Of a DNA stretch of 31,459 nt, positions 1 through 7,966 are shown piece after piece. Location: the IMG/VR virus record IMGVR_UViG_3300049722_000032, positions 1 to 31,459 of that record. One strand, 5' to 3'. Within the stretch, counting starts at the first letter, position 1; each line of letters starts with the position of its first letter. The notes beneath the pieces are model-generated. The model was not told the origin of the DNA, did not search any database, and was given only the letters and a program-made list of their open reading frames with translations. Made by a program: the position numbers and the translations under genes. This DNA is from a virus (lineage: Duplodnaviria; Caudoviricetes).

Positions 1-909
1 TTTTCGGCCCTTTCGGAACGCCTCACCATGCAAAACGGTGTTCTCCTTATGGGAGCGGCTTCCCTGGCCGTGCTTTTCTATACGCATGGCTCAGTATCGG
101 CCCTCGTTGTTATGTATTCCATCAATGTTTTTCTTACCTTCTCCCTCTCTCAATTCGGCATGGCAAAGTTCTTCTTCCAAAACCGGCATAAGGACAATGC
201 TTGGGCAAGGCACATCGTTATTCATCTCATTGGCTTAATTCTCTGTTTGACTATCCTGATCGTAACGGTTTATGAGAAGTTCGGCGAAGGAGGATGGGTC
301 ACGCTGGCAATAACGTCAGCTCTGATTGGATTGTGCTATCTGATCCGGAGCCATTACCTGAAAGTGCGCAAAGGCGTGCGTCAGCTGGAGGAAATACTGT
401 CGTCGCTTCCTCCAGGGCAAGTTCCTAATGAAGAGCCCCTTAATCCGAATGAACGGACGGCCATTATTCTGGTCAGCGGTTATAATGGATTTGGCCTCCA
501 CTCCTGGCTTTCCATTTTTAAGGAATTTCCCAAGCTCTATCGCAATTTTATCTTCGTATCCGTGGCGGAAATTGATTCCGGTACCTTCAAGGGAGCAGCG
601 GAGATTGAAGCCCTGAAGTCGTCGATCGCGGAGCAACTCGCAAAATACGTCAAATTGGCCAGATCATACGGATATGCCGCTGATTATCGGATGGACGTAG
701 GAACAGATGTCGTAGAGGCGGCAACCAATCTCTGCCAGAGTATTGTTCAGGAATTTCCTAAGTCGTCAGTTTTTACGGGAAAGCTGGTCTTCCGCCAGGA
801 GAATGCCTTCCAGAGAATTCTGCATAATGAGACGGCCTTCGCCATCCAAAGACGCCTGCAGTGGGAGGGCATTACAACAGTTATTCTGCCGGTTCGAGTG
901 AATATCTGA
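1..909 (+). CDS. APC-family amino acid/cation permease, C-terminal part (5' end lies outside the window)
   Basis: Frame is open from the window edge. It shows several TM helices (LVVMYSINVFLTFSLSQFGM, KFGEGGWVTL) followed by a soluble C-terminal domain typical of this APC subfamily. Confidence 0.75.
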   Translation, partial: FSALSERLTMQNGVLLMGAASLAVLFYTHGSVSALVVMYSINVFLTFSLSQFGMAKFFFQNRHKDNAWARHIVIHLIGLILCLTILIVTVYEKFGEGGWVTLAITSALIGLCYLIRSHYLKVRKGVRQLEEILSSLPPGQVPNEEPLNPNERTAIILVSGYNGFGLHSWLSIFKEFPKLYRNFIFVSVAEIDSGTFKGAAEIEALKSSIAEQLAKYVKLARSYGYAADYRMDVGTDVVEAATNLCQSIVQEFPKSSVFTGKLVFRQENAFQRILHNETAFAIQRRLQWEGITTVILPVRVNI

Positions 910-936
910 TATCTCTTAATTTTTTAACGCGTTATA

Positions 937-2382
937 TCAGTATGTTTCCACCCTCATCATGTTCGTCGTTCCCGTGGTCCACAGCGGGTGTCCGAGCGTC
1001 ATGACGACGCGATCACCGGACTCCAACCCCTTCAGCATCTTCAGGAGCGGATGGATGGATGCCAACATTTCCGACAGATGCTTTGCACGGTGGATGAGCA
1101 GACTTTCCACGCCCCGCAAAAGACCCATACGCCGGGCGTTTCCGATGTCCGTGGTGGCGCCGATAACGGGGATATCAGCCGCCAGCCGCGAGACCAGGCG
1201 GGCGCTGCCGCCGCCTTCGGTGAAGACTACAATGAGCTTGGCGCCAATTTCCTCCGCTGTGCGGCAGGCCGCGAAGGCTACGGAGACGTCCGTGCGGCCG
1301 GAGAGATTCTCATCCAGAGTATCCGCAAGGAGGCCTATGCGGGGCTTGTAATGCGCATCCGCGTCAGCGGCAATGCTATCCAGATAGCGAATGGCTTCGA
1401 GGGGATGTTTGCCCACTGCGCTTTCAGCGGAGAGCATCACGGCATCGGTGCCGTCCCAGATGGCGTTGGCGACGTCGCTCGCCTCGGCCCGGGTGGGCTG
1501 TGGATTCTCGATCATGCTCTCCAGCATCTGGGTCGCGGTGATGACGGGCTTCAAAGCCTGGCGCGCCTTCCGGATAATTTGCTTCTGAAGCGCGGGCACC
1601 TTCTCCACACCGAATTCCACACCCAGATCGCCTCGTGCCACCATGACGCCCCAGCTCACGTGCAAAATTTCCTCCAGATTGTCCAGAGCCTGGGGATGTT
1701 CGATCTTGGCGATAATGGTCTGGGGGCCGCCAAGTTCCTTGATATGCAGACTAAGCGCCTCCACGTCGGAAGCACGGCGCACGAAACTTTGAGCGAAGAT
1801 ATCTACGCCTTCCTTCACGCCCCAGCGGACATCTTCCAAATCCTGGGAAGTCAGGGGATCAAAGGCTACGTCCAACCCGATGGGATGGACACCCTTGCGT
1901 GCATTCAGCAAACCGCCCACCAGAACCTTCAGCAGGATTTGCTGATCGCGAATTTCCATAACCTCAAGTTTCAGCGCCCCGTCGTCCAGCACCCATATCT
2001 GGCCAATCTTGGCGCCTGTGAACAATTCCGGATGCGGCAGAGGCGCCGCCCATGGATGACCCTTGGGCGCCGGTGTGTTGGCTGCATAAAGGACGCCGAC
2101 GCTGTCCTTCTCCAGGAGCAATGGCGCTTCCAGTAGACCGATGCGCCACTTGGGCCCCTGAAGATCAAGAAAGACGGGTATTATCCGTCCCAGTTCATCC
2201 GAAATTTTTCTTATGAGTTTCAGGACCGGCATTCGCTCCTCTGGCTTGCTGTGGCTGGCGTTAAGCCGCACTGCATCGGCAAGTTTCAGGGCTTCCCGCA
2301 GGAGTCCTTCATCCAGTAAGGCCGGTCCCATGGTGATTACCAGCTTGGTCTTGCGTTGTTTGACAAGAACTTCCTTTTTCAT
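937..2382 (-). CDS. pyk: Pyruvate kinase
   Basis: Motifs RKTKLVITMGP, RLNASH, DLQGPK, IIAKIE, MVARGDLGVE, TATQMLESM, PTRAEASDVANA, DGTDAVMLSAESAVG. Start placed at ATG 2382; the longer ORF to 2490 runs into the prophage end. Confidence 0.97.
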   Translation of the reverse strand: MKKEVLVKQRKTKLVITMGPALLDEGLLREALKLADAVRLNASHSKPEERMPVLKLIRKISDELGRIIPVFLDLQGPKWRIGLLEAPLLLEKDSVGVLYAANTPAPKGHPWAAPLPHPELFTGAKIGQIWVLDDGALKLEVMEIRDQQILLKVLVGGLLNARKGVHPIGLDVAFDPLTSQDLEDVRWGVKEGVDIFAQSFVRRASDVEALSLHIKELGGPQTIIAKIEHPQALDNLEEILHVSWGVMVARGDLGVEFGVEKVPALQKQIIRKARQALKPVITATQMLESMIENPQPTRAEASDVANAIWDGTDAVMLSAESAVGKHPLEAIRYLDSIAADADAHYKPRIGLLADTLDENLSGRTDVSVAFAACRTAEEIGAKLIVVFTEGGGSARLVSRLAADIPVIGATTDIGNARRMGLLRGVESLLIHRAKHLSEMLASIHPLLKMLKGLESGDRVVMTLGHPLWTTGTTNMMRVETY

Positions 2383-2388
2383 GTGATA

Positions 2389-2417
2389 AATATATAAAGA
2401 AGTATCTTGTATGTCAA
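2389..2417 (-). promoter_or_regulatory. sigma70-type promoter of pyk, probably leaderless
   Basis: TTGACA (2417-2412), a 17-nt spacer, TATATT (2394-2389), then only 6 nt to the ATG with no SD. Confidence 0.65.
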
Positions 2418-2431
2418 TGCAATAATAGCCG

Positions 2432-2516
2432 TGTAGGCGCGCGTGATAGTGGGAGGGTGAAAAGCGCGATAACGGACTTCCCAAAACCATTTGATTGTAT
2501 CAAGTTTCATTTGATT
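2432..2516 (+). repeat. Putative prophage right end (attR) with transposase-binding repeats
   Basis: TGTAGGCGCGCGTGATAG (2432) and TGAAAAGCGCGATAAC (2458), then CATTTGATT twice (2488, 2508). The boxes recur every 20-25 bp, as in Mu R1/R2/R3 organisation. Confidence 0.65.
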
Positions 2517-2572
2517 ATCGTCTGCGACGGTGCCTAAAAACCGGTCATTCACCCCATATCGATCGATGTCAA

Positions 2573-2665
2573 ACAGACAAAAAAATCATAATCAGCGGGT
2601 TATCCCGTCTTGCGGTGGAATCGCATGGTTTAGGGAGCGTCAACTCCCTGAATTACTGTCCGCCT
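2573..2665 (-). ncRNA. Candidate multi-stem structured RNA downstream of the last phage gene
   Basis: Stems AGGGAG-ttgacg-CTCCCT, TGCG..CGCA and CGGG-ataa-CCCG, closed by CGGACAG/TTGTCTG. Confidence 0.3.
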
Positions 2666-2668
2666 TTT

Positions 2669-3169
2669 TTAATCTAACGGAAATACGGGCAGCGCGGCAA
2701 TAAGATCTGCATCCGTGGTGATTGTATTTGTTCCGGATGTTTGTGCTGCTAATAATGCCAGCCCAAATTCCCACACAGCATCCTGCCAATTACGGAAGGC
2801 CTCGCCCTCAGCCCGCCACTTTGTGTTTGTACTGGTTACATAACTCTTAGCGGAGAGGATATTATCATAGCCATATGCCTGGGCTTTTGCATCCATGTGG
2901 GCCTGAATTAGAACTGTAATTCGTGTCCTTTGCATTGCGGCATCAAATACCCATGCCGCTCCGTTCCATATGTAATCCGGGCCGGGACAAACGGCGGAAA
3001 GGATTGGTCTGCCATTATTATCGGCAATAATTATTCTGCCCGCAGATTGTCCCGCCATTAAATCCGCATGTTCTGCGGCCGTGATCTCCACCGCATCGAA
3101 CGGGATATTTGCGCCATGAATTTCGCTATTGTAAAAACCGCCTGTCGATTTTGCATAATAAAGTTTCAT
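2669..3169 (-). CDS. Tail fibre assembly chaperone
   Basis: YYAKSTGGFY..IHG.NIP.DAVEIT..EH..L..GQ..G..I N-terminus and a GYDNILSA.SY C-terminal domain; follows the tail fibre gene. Confidence 0.85.
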   Translation of the reverse strand: MKLYYAKSTGGFYNSEIHGANIPFDAVEITAAEHADLMAGQSAGRIIIADNNGRPILSAVCPGPDYIWNGAAWVFDAAMQRTRITVLIQAHMDAKAQAYGYDNILSAKSYVTSTNTKWRAEGEAFRNWQDAVWEFGLALLAAQTSGTNTITTDADLIAALPVFPLD

Positions 3170-3174
3170 GCTTT

Positions 3175-3912
3175 TTAATACCCCCATACTAAAATGAGTC
3201 CTGTAATCGGAGTGGCGATTACAGGGCCAGCAGTGCCATCTATATTCCGCACCCATGCAACTGATATCGCGGCGTTTGATGCCGTTTTATGAAACCCCCA
3301 TACTGTTGTTTGTGTTGGCGACCACCCGCCGGGGACGGCTTCATTGGCTATCCCGGCGAGAGGCTCGGTCGGGAATGCTATTGGATTTGTCAAGGATAGA
3401 ATTCCGGATGAGTTACAATTTCCCCTCATCCATTGGATAATCAGCGTTTTTTTGACACCCGAATCGATAACCGGAATTTTTATGTATCCGGGAGAATCAA
3501 TAAGTCCGGAAAATAAACTATAATCCACCGCCTGTCCATTATTGATGAGCTGATAATAAGTGCCGTCGTAGACCACCGTGACTATCTGCCCGGCGGCGAT
3601 ATCGCCTGCGGCCAGGGCGGTGCCGACATTCTTTTTGATGGCTATTGCTCCCGAGCCGGGATTAAACGTGCTTGCTCCTGTATTGGCGTGGACGGCCTTA
3701 AATGTGATCGGCAATCCAATTACATGAGCGGCGAGGGCAGGTGTTAAGGTAATAGCATACACATTGGCCGCGCCTGTATCCACGGCATAATCAATCGGGC
3801 AGGAACCATCGGCATCAATACCCGTATGACGATGATTTTGAAGGGCATTTAAAAATAATGCCGTGACGATTGTCCCCAGGGGCGGGGTATCGGAAAAGTT
3901 AGTTTTAGCCAT
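3175..3912 (-). CDS. Tail fibre protein (short) with gp53-like C-terminal domain
   Basis: GTIVTALFLNALQ N-terminus, YAVDTGAANVY..NTGAST domain and IIQW..G..PIAFP C-terminus; lies after gp48. Confidence 0.85.
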   Translation of the reverse strand: MAKTNFSDTPPLGTIVTALFLNALQNHRHTGIDADGSCPIDYAVDTGAANVYAITLTPALAAHVIGLPITFKAVHANTGASTFNPGSGAIAIKKNVGTALAAGDIAAGQIVTVVYDGTYYQLINNGQAVDYSLFSGLIDSPGYIKIPVIDSGVKKTLIIQWMRGNCNSSGILSLTNPIAFPTEPLAGIANEAVPGGWSPTQTTVWGFHKTASNAAISVAWVRNIDGTAGPVIATPITGLILVWGY

Positions 3913-3935
3913 GATTTTTTTCTCCTTTATTTTTT

Positions 3936-4002
3936 ATCCCGCGTCGCTGCGCTCCTGGGATAATTCGCTTTGGGCTTCCTCACGGAAGCCACAGGCTCAT
4001 TA
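3936..4002 (-). repeat. Family E double-hairpin element, stop-type (begins with the gp48 TAA)
   Basis: TAAT-GA-GC..GGCTTCC-gtga-GGAAGCC..GC-GA-ATTA, then TCCC..GA-GC-gca-GC-GA..GGGA. Confidence 0.9.
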
Positions 4003-4524
4003 AACGTAAGCATAAATAACTTGTGTGTGCGCCGGTTTCAAATCGGTAAAAATACCTTCCAGCGCGGTGGCCACCGGGCCGTCAATGAGTCTGTCACCGG
4101 CTCTTGATTGGCCCGCCCGAAAATACACAAGCGGCGTCCCGGTGAATGTTAAGCGCCAGCGGAATATGCCCTCAGAACCGAGGCCGTCCGTATTGGCCAG
4201 TAATTCCTCGATTGTGAACGTATAACCCATAGATGTCGCCAGTGACGCGAAATATGTTAATGATAATTTTCCTTCCTCGCGCAACTTGGTAATAACACGC
4301 AACTGGCGCGTCTGGAGAGTGTCACCATCATCTGGTGCCACACCGCAAACCCACTCCCAGTCTGTTATTGTGTAGTCGCACGTTTGAGGCAGCATTTCCC
4401 TCAGTAACAATTCCGCGCTGACCTGCGCGGTATCCAACGCTGATCCTTCCAGGGCGATATCGTCATCAAATACGCCGGTAAACTCCAGCGGAAATAATAG
4501 TTTTAATGTGTCTGAATGTTGCAT
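4000..4524 (-). CDS. Mu gp48-like baseplate protein (YmfQ/DUF2313)
   Basis: L..L.P, LL.E..P.T....I.DWE...G, FRAG.SRAGDRL, LKPAHT motifs. Confidence 0.9.
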   Translation of the reverse strand: MQHSDTLKLLFPLEFTGVFDDDIALEGSALDTAQVSAELLLREMLPQTCDYTITDWEWVCGVAPDDGDTLQTRQLRVITKLREEGKLSLTYFASLATSMGYTFTIEELLANTDGLGSEGIFRWRLTFTGTPLVYFRAGQSRAGDRLIDGPVATALEGIFTDLKPAHTQVIYAYV

Positions 4525-4540
4525 GTTTTTTCCTGTTTTA

Positions 4541-4577
4541 AGATTGCCACGCCGCCTGAGAGGCGTCTCGCAATGAC
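4541..4577 (-). repeat. Family B palindrome (GTCATTGCGAG..GGCAATCT)
   Basis: Hairpin starting 2 nt after the gp47 stop. Confidence 0.85.
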
Positions 4578-4579
4578 AA

Positions 4580-5779
4580 TCAGCTTACCGTAATTGTGCC
4601 CGGCCTTATCATTTGGTATGTCGTCGCCGTGACATCTGTCGCGGGCGTGGATACTGTCGCGTTGGCTGCGCCTGCATCCATCGCAATCTGCACAAGTTTT
4701 GCTTTATAAAGCGTCTGGCCGGGGATCATCGTCTCCATGTAGGCAGTAATATTAGCCGCGATCGCGGTCCGATCAACGCCGGTACCGGTGACAACCATCG
4801 TGACGGCCTGAGAGAGCGTCGTCGGCGCAAAGATGGTGACTTTTGAGGCGGTTACCGGACGCAGGGGGTCAATATAGGCTTTGACCTTAGCGAGGAGGCC
4901 TTTGACAACGTAGGACTTGCCCGTGGCGAGAAATATATCGTCGACCAGCGTCAATTGAGTCGGGCTATCCAGCGATACCACCGTAGTTTCAATATTATCG
5001 ATTATATTTTCCACGGTGTCGCCCGGCTTAATTGTGTAAGTTGCATCATTGAATGCGCCGGAGCTGTCGATTAGTTTATTCGCGGTGGCGGTGGTGTTCA
5101 CGCCCGTGTGCGAATGGATTATATAAGGATCACCGGCGAAGGGGAAAATATCGGCTACCAGTGTTAATTGAAGCGCGCTATCGACAGTGATGACTGTTGT
5201 TTGTGTTCCGCGCAGCGGATTTTCGACGATATCGCCTGCCGCCACTGCATGGGCGGTCGTGAAATGTGCGGCGGAATCCACCAGTTTTCCCGCTGTGACA
5301 GAAGTATTGACGCCGATCCGGGCCGATGAACTGGGGATCTCGCTTCCGGCGATATCAACATCGGCCAAGACAATCACATCAACCGTACCCAAACCCTGTC
5401 CCAGCGGCACACACCAGGCTTCGGACACACCGGTAATTTCCTTCGCCCACTTGACATAATCGTATTTATTGCCGCCAGCCGGTGGACGACGGATGCGGTC
5501 AAGAACGCGGGCCAGATAATCCGAATCGGTTTCAGATGTAAGGCGCGAGATATCATATATCCAGCCGTGATGCTCGAGATAGGCAGCGTCAGCCGTGTCG
5601 GCAAATATTTGTTTTGAAATCCATTCCTGATATTTATAAAGTCCCCAAAGCGCCGATGCCAGGCAGGCGCTTTTCATATAGATCAGAGAGCCCTTCGACA
5701 GGTCGCCGGTCGGGAACTGATTCTGCCAGTCAACCAGCAGGGCCGCGAATAATGTGTCAAAATCCTTTTGAAATTGCAT
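4580..5779 (-). CDS. Baseplate J/Mu gp47-like protein with an inserted tandem domain
   Basis: QIFADTAD..YLE.H, ETD..Y..RVL.RIRRPPAGGN..DY..WA, GLGTVDV, RPVTA motifs. Confidence 0.92.
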   Translation of the reverse strand: MQFQKDFDTLFAALLVDWQNQFPTGDLSKGSLIYMKSACLASALWGLYKYQEWISKQIFADTADAAYLEHHGWIYDISRLTSETDSDYLARVLDRIRRPPAGGNKYDYVKWAKEITGVSEAWCVPLGQGLGTVDVIVLADVDIAGSEIPSSSARIGVNTSVTAGKLVDSAAHFTTAHAVAAGDIVENPLRGTQTTVITVDSALQLTLVADIFPFAGDPYIIHSHTGVNTTATANKLIDSSGAFNDATYTIKPGDTVENIIDNIETTVVSLDSPTQLTLVDDIFLATGKSYVVKGLLAKVKAYIDPLRPVTASKVTIFAPTTLSQAVTMVVTGTGVDRTAIAANITAYMETMIPGQTLYKAKLVQIAMDAGAANATVSTPATDVTATTYQMIRPGTITVS

Positions 5780-5784
5780 TGTTA

Positions 5785-5820
5785 AAATCCCCCTCTATCC
5801 CCCTTTAAAAAAGGGGGAGG
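5785..5820 (-). repeat. Family A hairpin plus SD element
   Basis: CCTCCCCCTTT..AAAGGGGGA-TAG-AGGGGG-ATTT, just before the gp47 ATG. Confidence 0.9.
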
Positions 5821-5824
5821 ATCA

Positions 5825-6199
5825 TCATATGACTTCAATAAACGTGGTAAACGCTACCGGTTCTGCTCCGGAATATGGCGTCACTTCGACAAGCAGTTTG
5901 AGCCGGTATAAATCCTGTGGCCGGTCGCGTTGGGCATAGACATTCACGGCGGACGCTTTCCCTGTATCGATCATCCATTGCAGAGCTTCCTTGCAGTAAT
6001 CCACGGCCAGGCGCATGGTCGTGTCCGTGTTTTTGGCCCGCTGAAGCAGGTGCAGGCGCGAGCCGAATGAAGTATCCGCAAAAAAAGACCCGCGTTTGAC
6101 CATTAGCGATAAATAGATATTGTTCATTATCGTCGTGGCCTTTTCAAATGTCATTTGACCGAGGCCGGTTTGGTTTTCTATTGTGATTGCGAAGTCCAA
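5825..6199 (-). CDS. Mu gp46-like baseplate wedge protein
   Basis: SL...RGSFFAD..FGSRLHLL.R.K and EALQWMID.G motifs; TTG start. Confidence 0.9.
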   Translation of the reverse strand: MDFAITIENQTGLGQMTFEKATTIMNNIYLSLMVKRGSFFADTSFGSRLHLLQRAKNTDTTMRLAVDYCKEALQWMIDTGKASAVNVYAQRDRPQDLYRLKLLVEVTPYSGAEPVAFTTFIEVI

Positions 6200-6202
6200 T
6201 TT

Positions 6203-6237
6203 AAATCCCCCTCAATCCCCCTTTATAAAGGGGGAGG
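6203..6237 (-). repeat. Family A hairpin plus SD element
   Basis: Same consensus; fills the gp45-gp46 gap. Confidence 0.9.
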
Positions 6238-6240
6238 TAC

Positions 6241-6828
6241 CTATCCCGCTTTCGTGATGGTTGTTTTTACCGCGGATGCTGACAATTTAACGACCGGTTT
6301 GCCGTCGCTGCCATGCGTGTGGTTGTCATAAAGCGTGATTAAACGTTCATCGATCAAGGCGTATATCGTGCCCTGGCTGCCTAAAATGATCGAGGGGCTG
6401 TTCATCTGCACGCTGGTAGCGGCCACAACGGTCACTGCCGGGCTGGTAATTTCACAACTAACGGACGCCGTGACTTTGGCGACTTTGGTCGTGATGTCCA
6501 CTTCGTTTTCCACGGTAGCAATGAGTTTATTGCCGCTGACGATTTCTATTGTTTTATCCCGCTTCAAGTGGATTTTATCGCCCTCATCGGTATAGAGGGC
6601 GACTTCGCCGTTTTCGATGGCCAGCCGGTACCGGCGATCATCCGAGGCCACGGCAATAATGTGATTGCCTTCACGGATGATGATGATCTCTGCACCGGCC
6701 AGGGGCCGGGATGTAAAGCCGTAGTGCTGGAAATACTCGCGCTCATCGAATGATTCGCCAGTCCGTCCGGAAGAGGAAAAGAGCTTGATGAAGCCTTCTG
6801 TTATTGCGGTTACGATGCCTCTGATCAC
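6241..6828 (-). CDS. Mu gp45-like baseplate spike (gpV)
   Basis: EYFQHYGFTSRP..GAE, DDRRYR, GEVALY..EGD and the HTH iron-binding tip motif; GTG start. Confidence 0.93.
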   Translation of the reverse strand: MIRGIVTAITEGFIKLFSSSGRTGESFDEREYFQHYGFTSRPLAGAEIIIIREGNHIIAVASDDRRYRLAIENGEVALYTDEGDKIHLKRDKTIEIVSGNKLIATVENEVDITTKVAKVTASVSCEITSPAVTVVAATSVQMNSPSIILGSQGTIYALIDERLITLYDNHTHGSDGKPVVKLSASAVKTTITKAG

Positions 6829-6832
6829 TTTA

Positions 6833-6868
6833 AAATCCCCCTCTATCCCCCTTTATAAAAGGAGGAGG
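6833..6868 (-). repeat. Family A hairpin plus SD element
   Basis: Variant with a compensated stem (CCTCCTCCTTTT/AAAGGGGGA). Confidence 0.88.
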
Positions 6869-6871
6869 TAA

Positions 6872-7966
6872 CTACGCGACTATGCCGGGCACTCCCAGTT
6901 TTACTTTGGTGATGGGGCCGGTTTGTTTGTCCATCTCAAATGTGCGGCCATAAATCAGATAATCTTTATCAATTCCTTTTTTCCCGTTAAGGCTCTGCGT
7001 TTCGTCTTTAATGTGGCACATCTTATTGATCGCCCAGTTTTGCCCGTTCTGACTGTGCCTGCCCACGGTATAGACAAGATGAGTCCCTTCTCTGCGGCGT
7101 TTTTCCATGATCATTCGGGCGCGCATGGTTGGGCTGACATTATCGTTGTTGTCCGTGGTAACAAACGGCTTATCGAAAGGAAACTCAGGATCAATGCATG
7201 GTTTGCCATTATTGCTGGTATTAATCTGTTTGGCTTCCAAATATCCTTGCGATCCCTGCTGCTGGCCGACAACACTATATTTTTTGTAGCGTTTGGATAT
7301 GTCCTGCTCCACTTCGGATTCGATCACGTTATTGCCGAGGCCGCTTTTCAGCAACGTCAGTTTATATTCCGCCGCGCCTTTGGCGAGCGGGCGACCAAAG
7401 ACCAGCGTGCCGTCCGGCAGGCAATAGAAGAGCATCCCGCGGCTTAATGAATAGTTTTTCAGGACATCGAATATCGTCATGCCCGGTTCGATCTGGCCGA
7501 TCTTCTGTGCGGTATCCAGCGCGGAAAGATAACCGCTGGACGCAGCTTTTTTCTTGCCTTTTAGTTTGCCAACCACATTATCCTGATAGACGATAGTTTT
7601 GCGGGTGATGAAGGGCGTTTTAGCTAAGAGTAAATCGGCCAGCGCTTTGAGTTTCATGCCGGTGACGGTTTTCCAGGGCGGCTCGCAATAGGAATCAAGC
7701 AGGAGGCCCATATAGTCACGGCCTTCAACCGCCAAAGAGACCTCGCCCTTCTTGACTTTGCGGATTACCTTATCGATAATGCCGGTCAGCTCCAGTTTAT
7801 CGTTGATCTTTAATTCGCATAACTTTCCGGCAATAATTTCCGTTTCCGGATTGGCCAATTCCAAATGAAAGGCATCGGCAGGCGTGTACAGATCCGCCGC
7901 GATGGAATATTTTAAAAAGTGCTCAATCTTGACCTTATTGACAAAGAGTTCCACTTTATCGGGCAT
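6872..7966 (-). CDS. Mu gp44/gpP-like baseplate hub protein
   Basis: Y.I..DL.TPADAF.L, GRD..GLLLD, IEPG.T.FDVL, NNV motifs. Start at 7966 (MPDKV) with a GAGG SD. Confidence 0.9.
   Translation of the reverse strand: MPDKVELFVNKVKIEHFLKYSIAADLYTPADAFHLELANPETEIIAGKLCELKINDKLELTGIIDKVIRKVKKGEVSLAVEGRDYMGLLLDSYCEPPWKTVTGMKLKALADLLLAKTPFITRKTIVYQDNVVGKLKGKKKAASSGYLSALDTAQKIGQIEPGMTIFDVLKNYSLSRGMLFYCLPDGTLVFGRPLAKGAAEYKLTLLKSGLGNNVIESEVEQDISKRYKKYSVVGQQQGSQGYLEAKQINTSNNGKPCIDPEFPFDKPFVTTDNNDNVSPTMRARMIMEKRRREGTHLVYTVGRHSQNGQNWAINKMCHIKDETQSLNGKKGIDKDYLIYGRTFEMDKQTGPITKVKLGVPGIVA

Noticed and set aside
988-2136. 382-aa plus-strand ORF and other long antisense ORFs (e.g. 27581-28306, 29170-29799)
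   Set aside because: They are shadows of well-supported genes on the opposite strand and have no recognisable motifs.
1-2431. Host taxonomic assignment
   Set aside because: Two housekeeping genes read by eye are not enough to name the host without a search.
2383-2490. 36-aa N-terminal extension of pyruvate kinase
   Set aside because: It crosses the promoter and the phage end; pyk homology starts at about 2382.
2669-3912. Gin-type invertible tail fibre segment
   Set aside because: No second inverted fibre gene, invertase or flanking inverted repeats were seen.
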